From Candidatus Poseidoniales archaeon (GTDB lineage Archaea > Thermoplasmatota > Poseidoniia > Poseidoniales > Poseidoniaceae), in NCBI GenBank assembly GCA_028283345.1, contig JAPOGE010000002.1, forward strand, positions 1-51,643: a stretch of 51,643 nt of DNA. The letters are read 5' to 3'. The notes beneath the pieces were generated by a model that was not told the origin of the DNA, ran no database searches, and saw only the letters and a list, made by a program, of their open reading frames with translations. Made by a program: the position numbers and the translations under genes. Positions 15,486-23,641 of this stretch are shown piece by piece; positions within the stretch are counted from its first letter, which is position 1; every line of letters begins with the position of its first letter.

Positions 15486-17998
15486 TGCGCCGGCGGAGAA
15501 GATTGCAGGCCGCCATTGCCGCCGGCAAGGAGTTTCTCCCCGACGAGGTGAAAGCCGATTCCCCCTCGCGCTTGGCGAGAAAACTCGGAGTTACCCGTAG
15601 TGAGAGAAAAAGAATCTCATTATTGCAACGCACCTCAAGTGACAAACGCACCCCATATACGCGCATCGCCGACCGGGTTCTCGGCTCGGGTCGGGTGCAG
15701 ATGGAGAGACTTATCGAGGTCGATACCGAGGTGGGATCAGAAGGCGTTGGGATGAGCCCATGGATGAGCCAGAGATTCAGTGTCCTCAGAGGGGGAGTGG
15801 CTGAGGTTGATAGTGACGCGGATGAGCAGTGGCTCGGCCATGACAGTCTGGGGCGACCGGTTTGGGAAGACGTGTTGGACCAGCAGCGCAAGCGACTGGG
15901 ATGGTTGCTGAATGAGGAAGATTCGCCGACATTCACAGCTCCGCAATTACCGCCTCTGGAGCAGGTGCTGATCACCCCGGGGGATTGGCCACCGGTACTA
16001 CCTCGCAATGAGGCATTCACCTTCAGGAATTTTCATATCTGTCGCCAGAATGAGCGTTCCGCCCACGCGGTGAATGAAATCCTTGAACAACCTGCAGGGA
16101 AACTCAACCCACTGGTGCTGAGTGGTGAAAGCGGTTGTGGCAAGACCCATCTGCTGTGGGCAACAGGTTGGGCCTTTGCCCGTCAGGAACCCGATAAAGT
16201 CGCTAGAATTCTCTCTTGCACGACCCTCGAAGATGACTTCACCCTACCCAGCAAGTGGAGTGAGAGGTTCGTCGGAACCAGCGTACTGCTAATCGATGAC
16301 ATTCACTTATTGCACGACCGACCCGACACCATGCATGCGATTGGCAAGGTTGTTGATTGGGCGCTTAATCTCGGTCTCCAAGTTGTTTTGACCAGTAAAT
16401 CCGAAGATCGCTACGGAGGGCCCAAAAATCGCCTCTCGCAAGTTCTTCGTCAGTCGGTCAGGGTCAAACTCGACCAGCCGAGCCGGGATAGTCTGATAAT
16501 GATGTTACGCACCCGCTCCGGCGGGCGCGACCTACTGCTCGACGATGATATGCTGATCGCCATAGTCGACCGTAGTGGGCGAGGCTGGGGTGCGGCCAAA
16601 GCCGGCCTTGAGGAATTGGCCATCGCGGTGGAATCGGGAGAGAATCTGGTCGATTCTGACGACGTCATCAGAATCTTGACAGGTCGCTCACCACCTCGGG
16701 AAGAAATAGCCGCGCCGCAACCGGATGACCTTGAGGAACTCGGTGAGGAATTGGCCCGCGAGGTTCTCGACACCGTCTTCGCCGACCCGCTCAATCCTGC
16801 GGTTGATATTCACACCGTATTGCCGGAAATCGGCGCTGACGATTACACCCCTCCCGACCTGATGCCGGAATCTTCGCAGGCGGCGGTGGAATCTGTGGTC
16901 GAGCGTCATGTCGGTGAACTGATGGATAGGAAAAAGGAATATGTCGCCAGCGCCTTGATGCCGCATGAGAGAGACGCCCACCTCGCAGCCAGTCCACCAC
17001 AACTGCCATTTGCAGAGCGGGTCAAGGTTGCGGATGACCTCGCACCGCTTGCACTCAAGACCGATGCCGCGTTCCAACGCTTGGAGGATGACATCGACAA
17101 CCAGCGGCAAAACCTCGCCGATATCGAGGGCGAGTTACAGGCTATCGCATTGCAGGTAGAGGGTGCCGATTCGAAAAATCTCATCTCCCTGGTCGATCAA
17201 TTGCGCCTGGTCGAGGAAAAACTCGCCGAAATCGACCCCGAAGCCATACCCCTCCCAGAATTTGAGGAAGCCAAGCCAAGGCGGCGAGTATTCAAGCGAC
17301 TAGCCCAAATCGGACCCGCTCGATCTGAGACCGAGGGCGGCAGGAAAAAGCGCAAGGTGGTACGTCGAGCCCCTCAACCTGAGACGGGCGATGTGGTGCC
17401 TGAGGTGATCGGGGCTGAACCCGAGGTGAGCAGGAAGCGCAAGGCGGTGCGTCGAGCCGCGCCACCTGAGGTGGCAGAGACTGAAGAAATAGCCGCGCCG
17501 GATACCGTGGATGATAGCCTTGAGATTGCAACAGAGATTCAAGCGGCCTCACCTGTACTCGAAGAGCCGGAAATCCAGGCGGTGGAAAGTCAAGAAGAGG
17601 AAATTCAGGATATTGCACCGGTGGCGGGGGATGAGAAGATTGCACCGACCTCACTTCAGGATGAAATGGCAATGATCGCCTCTGAAATAATAACCGACGC
17701 AGATAAGGTTGAAGCCGACTCGTCACGAAAGAGCGACATCTATGACGACATCCCCACCGACATCTTCCCCGAATCAGTAGCACTACCCGATGTTGGAAGC
17801 ACGGAAACACCAGAGCCGGTGATTCATACCCCAAGCGAAATCCCGACGACTGCCAAGGGGGCGGAAAATCTCACTATATCTGATTCGATGACGACTGCAC
17901 AGGCGCTCGCAAGTCTCACTCCAGCACCGATAATCGAGGTAATCCGACCGACTGTTGCCGAACTCAGGCCGACAGATATACTCGTCCCAGTTGAGTGA
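15482..17998 (+). CDS. Large protein with a DnaA/Hda-like AAA+ domain, lacking recognisable DnaA domain IV; acidic/coiled-coil C-terminal half
   Basis: FTFRNFHICRQNERSAHAV...KLNPLVLSGESGCGKTHLLWATG compares with E. coli DnaA HTFDNFVEG..N...[21 protein letters not shown]. Also present: VLLIDDIHLL (Walker B), LQVVLTSKS (sensor 1), NRLSQVLRQSVRVKLDQPSRDSLIMML (box VII region) and LLLDDDMLIAIVDRS. The ATGA overlap with the upstream ORF is at 15482-15485. Confidence 0.7.
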   Translation: MMRRRRRLQAAIAAGKEFLPDEVKADSPSRLARKLGVTRSERKRISLLQRTSSDKRTPYTRIADRVLGSGRVQMERLIEVDTEVGSEGVGMSPWMSQRFSVLRGGVAEVDSDADEQWLGHDSLGRPVWEDVLDQQRKRLGWLLNEEDSPTFTAPQLPPLEQVLITPGDWPPVLPRNEAFTFRNFHICRQNERSAHAVNEILEQPAGKLNPLVLSGESGCGKTHLLWATGWAFARQEPDKVARILSCTTLEDDFTLPSKWSERFVGTSVLLIDDIHLLHDRPDTMHAIGKVVDWALNLGLQVVLTSKSEDRYGGPKNRLSQVLRQSVRVKLDQPSRDSLIMMLRTRSGGRDLLLDDDMLIAIVDRSGRGWGAAKAGLEELAIAVESGENLVDSDDVIRILTGRSPPREEIAAPQPDDLEELGEELAREVLDTVFADPLNPAVDIHTVLPEIGADDYTPPDLMPESSQAAVESVVERHVGELMDRKKEYVASALMPHERDAHLAASPPQLPFAERVKVADDLAPLALKTDAAFQRLEDDIDNQRQNLADIEGELQAIALQVEGADSKNLISLVDQLRLVEEKLAEIDPEAIPLPEFEEAKPRRRVFKRLAQIGPARSETEGGRKKRKVVRRAPQPETGDVVPEVIGAEPEVSRKRKAVRRAAPPEVAETEEIAAPDTVDDSLEIATEIQAASPVLEEPEIQAVESQEEEIQDIAPVAGDEKIAPTSLQDEMAMIASEIITDADKVEADSSRKSDIYDDIPTDIFPESVALPDVGSTETPEPVIHTPSEIPTTAKGAENLTISDSMTTAQALASLTPAPIIEVIRPTVAELRPTDILVPVE

Positions 17999-18002
17999 TC
18001 CG

Positions 18003-18479
18003 ATGGGCCAGCTTCGGTGGGGTAGACGAAATGACTGGTGGGAATCCGGTATCGAGTTCACCTGCCTTCCCAATTGTGGAAAGTGCTGTGATGAACCCGA
18101 GGGGATAGTCTACCTGAGCCGGGAAGATGCACAGAGATTGGCTGATTTTCACGACCTTGAAGTCGAGCAGTGGTTGCTGAGGGATTGCCGCAAGACCACC
18201 GATGGCAGGTATATCCTGAAGAGTCGCGAGGAAGATGAAATCTGTATCTATCTCGCTGAAGACAAGAGTTGTAATGTGTATTCGGCCAAGCCGGCGCAAT
18301 GCTCGGCATTTCCGTGGTGGTCAGAGAATCTGCGCTCGGAGAGGGCTTGGAAAAAGACTGAGAAATTGTGCCCGGGATTATCGCACGAGGAAGCGATTCA
18401 CATCGACGGTAAGACGATTCGCCTGTGGGTTGAGGCAGACCTGGAGGCGACCATTGGGTTTCGCCGCTGGAAACACTAG
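18003..18479 (+). CDS. YkgJ-family (CxxCxxCC, UPF0153) cysteine-cluster protein
   Basis: CLPNCGKCCDEPEG...CIYL...KSCNVYSAKPAQCSAFPWW. I prefer ATG 18003, which is 4 nt after the upstream stop. The track ORF begins at 17955, inside the upstream gene. Confidence 0.7.
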   Translation: MGQLRWGRRNDWWESGIEFTCLPNCGKCCDEPEGIVYLSREDAQRLADFHDLEVEQWLLRDCRKTTDGRYILKSREEDEICIYLAEDKSCNVYSAKPAQCSAFPWWSENLRSERAWKKTEKLCPGLSHEEAIHIDGKTIRLWVEADLEATIGFRRWKH

Positions 18480-18516
18480 CGCCCGGAAGCCGCAGTATTA
18501 TTTCAGGCGCTTTTTT
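18479..18516 (+). terminator. Weak hairpin followed by T6 after the operon
   Basis: GCGCC...(22-nt loop)...GGCGC, then TTTTTT at 18511-18516, directly after the stop of the YkgJ-like gene. Oligo-T is the main archaeal termination signal. Confidence 0.35.
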
Positions 18517-18519
18517 AGC

Positions 18520-18657
18520 CCTGATTATTTGAGTCGCAGACGCTCATCTAATCGCGATTATTGCTCAATATTGAGTATTGCGCAGAAAAATTGATTCTCT
18601 TCGCTTGCTCCTCGCGGTGCGTCCTCGGAATCTTATTACTTTATTCGGACGCACTAG
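18520..18657 (-). repeat. Extragenic repeat family, copy C (reverse orientation)
   Basis: The reverse complement reads TAGTGCGTCCGAAtaaagtaATAAGATTCCGAGGACGCACCGCGAGGAGCAAGCGAAGAGAATCAATTTTT...TTAGATGAGCGTCTGCGACTC. Arms lie at 18617-18624 and 18647-18654. The first hairpin base pair overlaps the TAG stop of the minus-strand gene. Confidence 0.6.
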
Positions 18658-19100
18658 AACTCAAACGGATTTTTGAATTCCGAATTTGCCCCTTTACCAG
18701 CCCCAGCACCGGCTTGTCCAGACGCACTTCGGCCAGGTCCAGCGCTGTTTTCACCGAACAGATTTGCCGGGGCATCGTCGGTAGGTGGGATGTGGAAATC
18801 CAAGTCGCCGACCTCGCCCAAAGTCCCGGAGACCCGGCGGGCCGAGAAAGTCCCGGCGCGGGTGTCCATCCGGCGATTGCGAATTCTCTGAAAACCAACC
18901 ACTACCAGTATCAGGCCGAAAAGTATGATGAGGGAGGTCAGCCAGATTATTTCAGTGATCTGAATAACCATCCCACATGAATCACCACATTTTACCAGTG
19001 ATGGATTCAAAGAAAAATGAACTGACATTGCCGAGGCAGAGAAAATAATACAGATTCCAAGGCCGGTCGAGAAAATCCCGTAATCGGCTATTTTCCCCAT
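18654..19100 (-). CDS. Hypothetical small membrane protein
   Basis: I prefer ATG 19100 (MGKIADYGIFSTGLGICIIF...); the track ORF extends to 19229. It has two TM segments and a Gly/Ala-rich C-terminus. No recognised family. Confidence 0.4.
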   Translation of the reverse strand: MGKIADYGIFSTGLGICIIFSASAMSVHFSLNPSLVKCGDSCGMVIQITEIIWLTSLIILFGLILVVVGFQRIRNRRMDTRAGTFSARRVSGTLGEVGDLDFHIPPTDDAPANLFGENSAGPGRSASGQAGAGAGKGANSEFKNPFEF

Positions 19101-19318
19101 CTCGACCACACTGACCGAATAGACTCTCCAGCACTCTCTATTGAAGGGTTTGGAAGTCGGCGAATGGATTTGTAATTTTTCCGCAGTCCGCCACTTTGGC
19201 GGGAATACACAGTAAGTATGCCAATCCACACCGCGCTACCGCCACAGTTGAATCGAACTCTTTTCTACGAGTCGCTTATACCGAAGTTCCATTTCGTCGT
19301 TTCGCAGGCGGTATTGGG

Positions 19319-20494
19319 ATGACAGAAGATGGTAGTAAAGAGGTCATTCTCGAGATGACCGCCGACCACCTCAACAGTGGTTTGCGCGGGGTTCCGGTCG
19401 GAACCTGTCGCACTTCCTTCGTGACCCCGACAGGGGGGGTGCACTACTGTGGCTATCCCATCGCTGAACTCGCTGACTATGACCCGGAGGACATCGTCTT
19501 CCTGCTACACCACAAGCGCCTCCCATCCCCGTCTGAATCATCGGAGTTCCGAAATGACCTCGCCCGCCGAGCAATTCTACCACGGGGTATTCGCAACACC
19601 TTGCGCAGTCTACCAAAAGATGGCCATCCGATGGATTGGCTGGCGATCGGCATCCAAGCGCTCGGGATGTCTGGGCGGTGCGATGAATGGCGTGAAGATG
19701 CCCTGAATCTGGTCGCTAGGATGCCTGAACTGATGGCGCTCATCTTCCGGATTCGTGATGACCGAGAAGAGGGTATGCCGAATTCTCGTCCGGAACTGGG
19801 ACTGGTCGAAAACTTCGTCCATCTGGTCGATATCACAGGGGCTGACAAGCGGGCGATGACCCGGGTATTACGGGTCTTCCTGGTCCTGCATATGGACCAC
19901 GGCGGTGGTAATCTCTCGACCTTCACCGGCAAGGCCATCGCCAGCGGTCACGCCGATGTATACGCCTCGATGTCCGGGGCGATGAATGCCCTTTACGGGC
20001 CACTCCACGGTCGTGCAAACCAATCCTGTCTTGAGTTCGTCCAGCGAATCGGCACCTCTGATGCCGATGCGGTCGAGAAATTCGTGCGCGCTGAATTGGT
20101 GGCCAAGCGGCCGATTTTCGGATTTGGCCACGCGGTGCTTCGAGCCGAAGACCCGCGCGCCGCTATTCAATTCGACCTCGGAGAAGAGATATGCCCCGAC
20201 GATGCAAACTTCCGTACCATTCGCACCCTGCGAGAAGTCGTGCCCAAGATACTCGGTGAGATACCAAAAATCCGTAATCCCAATGCCAATGTCGATATCG
20301 CTTCAGGGACACTTCTACACCATGTCGGTTTCACCGATACCGCGTATTATACCACTTTCTTCGGCTGGGCGCGTACGGTCGGAATCGGGGCGCAGATCGT
20401 CGATGAGCGCACGGTGATGCGAGATGGTAAGGGGGTTCCCCTATACCGGCCAAAATACATCGCCGAGCAACAACAAGAGCAACATGTCGACTAG
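19319..20494 (+). CDS. gltA: Citrate synthase
   Basis: LRGVPVGTCRTSFV, VLHMDHGGGNLSTF, GPLHGRANQ and GFGHAVLRAEDPRA (cf. GFGHRVY..DPR) are typical citrate synthase motifs. I prefer ATG 19319 (MTEDGSKEV); the track ORF starts at 19196. Confidence 0.85.
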   Translation: MTEDGSKEVILEMTADHLNSGLRGVPVGTCRTSFVTPTGGVHYCGYPIAELADYDPEDIVFLLHHKRLPSPSESSEFRNDLARRAILPRGIRNTLRSLPKDGHPMDWLAIGIQALGMSGRCDEWREDALNLVARMPELMALIFRIRDDREEGMPNSRPELGLVENFVHLVDITGADKRAMTRVLRVFLVLHMDHGGGNLSTFTGKAIASGHADVYASMSGAMNALYGPLHGRANQSCLEFVQRIGTSDADAVEKFVRAELVAKRPIFGFGHAVLRAEDPRAAIQFDLGEEICPDDANFRTIRTLREVVPKILGEIPKIRNPNANVDIASGTLLHHVGFTDTAYYTTFFGWARTVGIGAQIVDERTVMRDGKGVPLYRPKYIAEQQQEQHVD

Positions 20495-20510
20495 ACCATC
20501 GGCCTTCGAT

Positions 20511-20528
20511 CCCGGTCTGGGGACCGGG
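20511..20528. terminator. Perfect 7-bp hairpin between convergent genes
   Basis: CCCGGTC-tggg-GACCGGG lies between the citrate synthase stop (20494) and the GDPD stop (20588). No T-run follows on either strand, so its role is uncertain. Confidence 0.3.
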
Positions 20529-20587
20529 AAGGTTTGTGACCATGCCGGCAGAATTGTCCTAGCCCTGATTGTGGCGTCATCGGCGCC

Positions 20588-21721
20588 TCAACTAGTTCTT
20601 CCGCACCCGCGATGACCCATCATCCGCACCGCTTCCCATGGCATGCTGATATCGCTGCTATCGGCTACCAGAGAATCCAAATCTCGGTGCCAGGCGAATC
20701 TTTTACGCCACCTCGATAAGGTGGCACGCCTCTTACCGTCGCCCATCTCATGCCAATAGGGTAATTCTCGCCGCGCCTCTCCGACCAGTTCTCGGTGCTG
20801 GTCACTGCTCGATGACGCTAGTTTGTGGTGCCAATTCTCATCGAGTGGCTGGGTCGCAGGTTGAGTCCACCGTGCCTGCCCACAGGGTAGGGTGTACATT
20901 TCTGGGTCTGCATAATCGGTTATCGGCGTCAGACCAGCATTGAGCAATTTGGATTCGAGTTTGATATCCCCAGGCCACACGTACAACGGCAGACCCTTAG
21001 CAAGCCGTCTGAGGCGATCCAGTCGGCGACCTTCAAGGCCGACCGGTAAGCCCAATGTCAAGCGGCTGGTGGGGGGGATGAGATACTCCAGAGCACAGGG
21101 AATCATCGGTGACCGGTCCCAGCGATGCCATCGCACCAATCTACTGAGCGGCATGGTCATGAATTGCGGGAAACTGCGTAATCTCTGGACCGTGATACTG
21201 CCATACGGTGGTACAATCGGTCGCAATGTCGCCACATGCCGAGAGGAGTTAGCCAATCTTCCGACCTTCCACATTCGGCGGTGAAACGAATAGTATACCG
21301 TATTGGCGATCGGAATCCCATGCTCTTCCAGCCGGGAGTCGACCTTGGCCAATAGTTGCGACATGAATCGGGCACTGCTCCTAAACCACCCTCCGCCCTT
21401 TCCTGAAGAGGGGTGAGGGACCTTCAACTCGATGCAGGCCACGCAGGCCTGCTCGACCAAGCGGTCGATGAAATCAGACCTCGACATCAGGTCATCAAAA
21501 TTCTCAAAACCCAACTCCATCAGGTCGTCCAGAGTATTTCGCTCAACATATTTTGAGGGTAGTCCAGCCATGACTTCGGCACTTGTTTCGACCTCACGGT
21601 CGTGGTAGATGATCACCTCGCCATCAGCGGTCATACGTAGATCGAATTCGACCCCGTCGAAGCGATTTATCGCCTCGCAGATTCCCGCCACAGAATTCTC
21701 GCGCGGTTGAACCCACCCCAT
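20588..21721 (-). CDS. Glycerophosphodiester phosphodiesterase (GDPD) family protein, atypical
   Basis: The N-terminus MGWVQPRENSVAGICEAINRFDGVEFDLRMTADGEVIIYHD matches the GDPD P-E-N / E.D / DG..V..HD motifs. The HRG that normally precedes PEN is missing. A GHRG motif occurs at the extreme C-terminus (AVRMMGHRGCGRTS). Confidence 0.65.
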   Translation of the reverse strand: MGWVQPRENSVAGICEAINRFDGVEFDLRMTADGEVIIYHDREVETSAEVMAGLPSKYVERNTLDDLMELGFENFDDLMSRSDFIDRLVEQACVACIELKVPHPSSGKGGGWFRSSARFMSQLLAKVDSRLEEHGIPIANTVYYSFHRRMWKVGRLANSSRHVATLRPIVPPYGSITVQRLRSFPQFMTMPLSRLVRWHRWDRSPMIPCALEYLIPPTSRLTLGLPVGLEGRRLDRLRRLAKGLPLYVWPGDIKLESKLLNAGLTPITDYADPEMYTLPCGQARWTQPATQPLDENWHHKLASSSSDQHRELVGEARRELPYWHEMGDGKRRATLSRWRKRFAWHRDLDSLVADSSDISMPWEAVRMMGHRGCGRTS

Positions 21722-21820
21722 ATGGGGGTGCGTTGTGGAAGCAATAGATGAATGCGCGCCTTTGCATTACCGCCCCACGGCAAGCATGAAAAGCCCTATG
21801 TCTGCTTGAGGTGGGTAATT

Positions 21821-23569
21821 ATGTCCTCTTCCGAAGAAAACATTACTCTCAGTGCTGAGGAAGCGAAGAAGAAATCAATCTTCGGTTATTGCATGTATGA
21901 CTGGGGCAAATCCGCCTTCGAGACCAGTGTCACAGTCGCCATCCTGCCGGCTTGGTTCGCCTACCTCTTCCTTGAGGCCAATGGCCTGACCGGGACGGTC
22001 ATCGGGGTCGAGATGTCCTCGGATGCGGCGTGGTCACTGGCGTTGACCATCGGTACCATCCTGGTCGCCATCGTCAGTCCAGCGATAGGTGTCATAGCCG
22101 ACCGTAAACGGTTCAAGATGAAGGCGCTGAAGTGGATGACCTGGCTGGGTGCCAGCGCGGTTCTCATGCTCGCACTCACCCCCCTCTTCGACATCTCATT
22201 CCAATGGATGTGGATTTTCTTGATGTTCATGCTCGCCAATATCGGCTTGAACGGCGCCGGAGTATTCTACAATGCCCTACTTCCCTATCAGGGTGAAGAC
22301 CACGAGATGGATTCAATCTCCAACAAGGCCTATGCCTATGGCTATCTCGGCGGTGGCCTTCTACTGGTTTTCCACCTCGGCTTGGTGATGGGGGTCTCGG
22401 GCGCATGGGTCATCCCATTCTGTATGGCTACCTCGGCGATGTGGTGGTTTGGATTCGCTTGGTACACCTTCGCCTACGTCGCCGAGCCGAAAATCGAAAA
22501 TGAACTTGAAGACCTGAAATTGATAGAAGCAACGAAAATGGGTTTTCGCGAAGTTTACAAGACCATCCGGGAATGGCATAATTTCCGTACATTATTCATT
22601 TACATGCTCGCTTACTTCCTATTCATCGACGGCATCAACAGCGTCACCTCTCTGGCCGGGGCGTTCGGTATCGCGGTGCTTGGACTGACCATGCAGGACC
22701 TCATTCTCACCATCGTCGTGATTCAATTCGTCGCCTTCCCCTCAGCTTTCTTCTTCACCTGGTTGGCAGGTAGATGGTCGACCAAGCGGGCACTGACCCT
22801 GTCCCTGATATTGTGGTGCGTGTTGATCGTCGGGGCGATGTCCTTCGCTCCCTTGGAACTCGATGACCACGAGGAATTCGATTTCCAAGCCAGATGGAAT
22901 GAAGAATCCTATGTCATCTCGGTGCGCGCCCTGAATCTGGTCGGCATCGGTGATGAGGACCAAGCCTTCAAGGATGATTGGGCACACATCCTCCCCTTCT
23001 GTGTGGATTGCAAGAATAACCACTTTGAGGAAGGTGCCAATGGAACCGCTGATGCAGAGAATATGAGTGCTTTCCTAGCCGCCAATACCGATACTCGATA
23101 CAGTGTCTCGGTGAAAGGAGGTGTCTTGGCTGATTCAACCAAGGTCGGCATCGACCACCCCACCAATATCGGTGATGGTAAAGTTGACTTCATCGCCAAG
23201 ACGGTCAGGACCTTGTTATGGGCGCCCCTGGGAATGAGCGTGTTCTGGCAATGGCTGATGCTTGGTTGCCTGGCGGGATTCCTGATGGGCGGTAGTCAGG
23301 GTCTGGCAAGGAGCCTTTTCGGTCAGATGGTACCCGAGACCCGTAGTACCGAGTTCTTCGGTTTCTTCGGATTCTTCGGCAAGGTAGCCGCCTTCATCGG
23401 GCCGATGCTCTACACTCTGCTGGCGGTGATGTTCGACAGCCGGGTGGCGATTTCCAGCCTCGCGGTGCTGATAATCGCCGGCACCATCATGATGTTCTGG
23501 GTCGATGTCGAGGATGGTATTGCTGTCGCCACGGCCGAGGATGCCCGCATAAGAGGAAGCACTGAATAG
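21821..23569 (+). CDS. MFS transporter, UMF1/Atg22-like family, with a large soluble insertion
   Basis: KKSIFGYCMYDWGKSAFETSV is the UMF1-type N-terminus, and there are about 12 hydrophobic segments. I prefer ATG 21821 (MSSSEEN); the track ORF starts at 21752. A roughly 120-aa hydrophilic insert is encoded at about nt 22855-23210. Confidence 0.7.
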   Translation: MSSSEENITLSAEEAKKKSIFGYCMYDWGKSAFETSVTVAILPAWFAYLFLEANGLTGTVIGVEMSSDAAWSLALTIGTILVAIVSPAIGVIADRKRFKMKALKWMTWLGASAVLMLALTPLFDISFQWMWIFLMFMLANIGLNGAGVFYNALLPYQGEDHEMDSISNKAYAYGYLGGGLLLVFHLGLVMGVSGAWVIPFCMATSAMWWFGFAWYTFAYVAEPKIENELEDLKLIEATKMGFREVYKTIREWHNFRTLFIYMLAYFLFIDGINSVTSLAGAFGIAVLGLTMQDLILTIVVIQFVAFPSAFFFTWLAGRWSTKRALTLSLILWCVLIVGAMSFAPLELDDHEEFDFQARWNEESYVISVRALNLVGIGDEDQAFKDDWAHILPFCVDCKNNHFEEGANGTADAENMSAFLAANTDTRYSVSVKGGVLADSTKVGIDHPTNIGDGKVDFIAKTVRTLLWAPLGMSVFWQWLMLGCLAGFLMGGSQGLARSLFGQMVPETRSTEFFGFFGFFGKVAAFIGPMLYTLLAVMFDSRVAISSLAVLIIAGTIMMFWVDVEDGIAVATAEDARIRGSTE

Positions 23570-23606
23570 TGCATCCGAATCAAAGGATAAGATTCTGAGG
23601 ACGCAC
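23569..23606 (+). repeat. Extragenic repeat family, minimal copy E (hairpin only)
   Basis: TAG|TGCATCCGAAtcaaaggATAAGATTCTGAGGACGCAC. The G of the MFS TAG stop (23567-23569) is the first base of the stem. There is one A-C mismatch in the 8-bp stem. Confidence 0.5.
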
Positions 23607-23641
23607 TAGCCTTCATCATCCCTCGACGCTTCGCTCGACCG

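Noticed and set aside
23567-23606. TAG stop followed immediately by a conserved stem-loop, considered as a PYLIS-like or read-through recoding signal (also at 18617-18657).
   Set aside because: Reading through the TAG gives only 5-6 more codons before an in-frame TAA (CIRIKG* and CVRIK*). The same hairpin also occurs 24 nt after a stop (copy A) and in a non-3' context (copy B). No pyl genes are in view.
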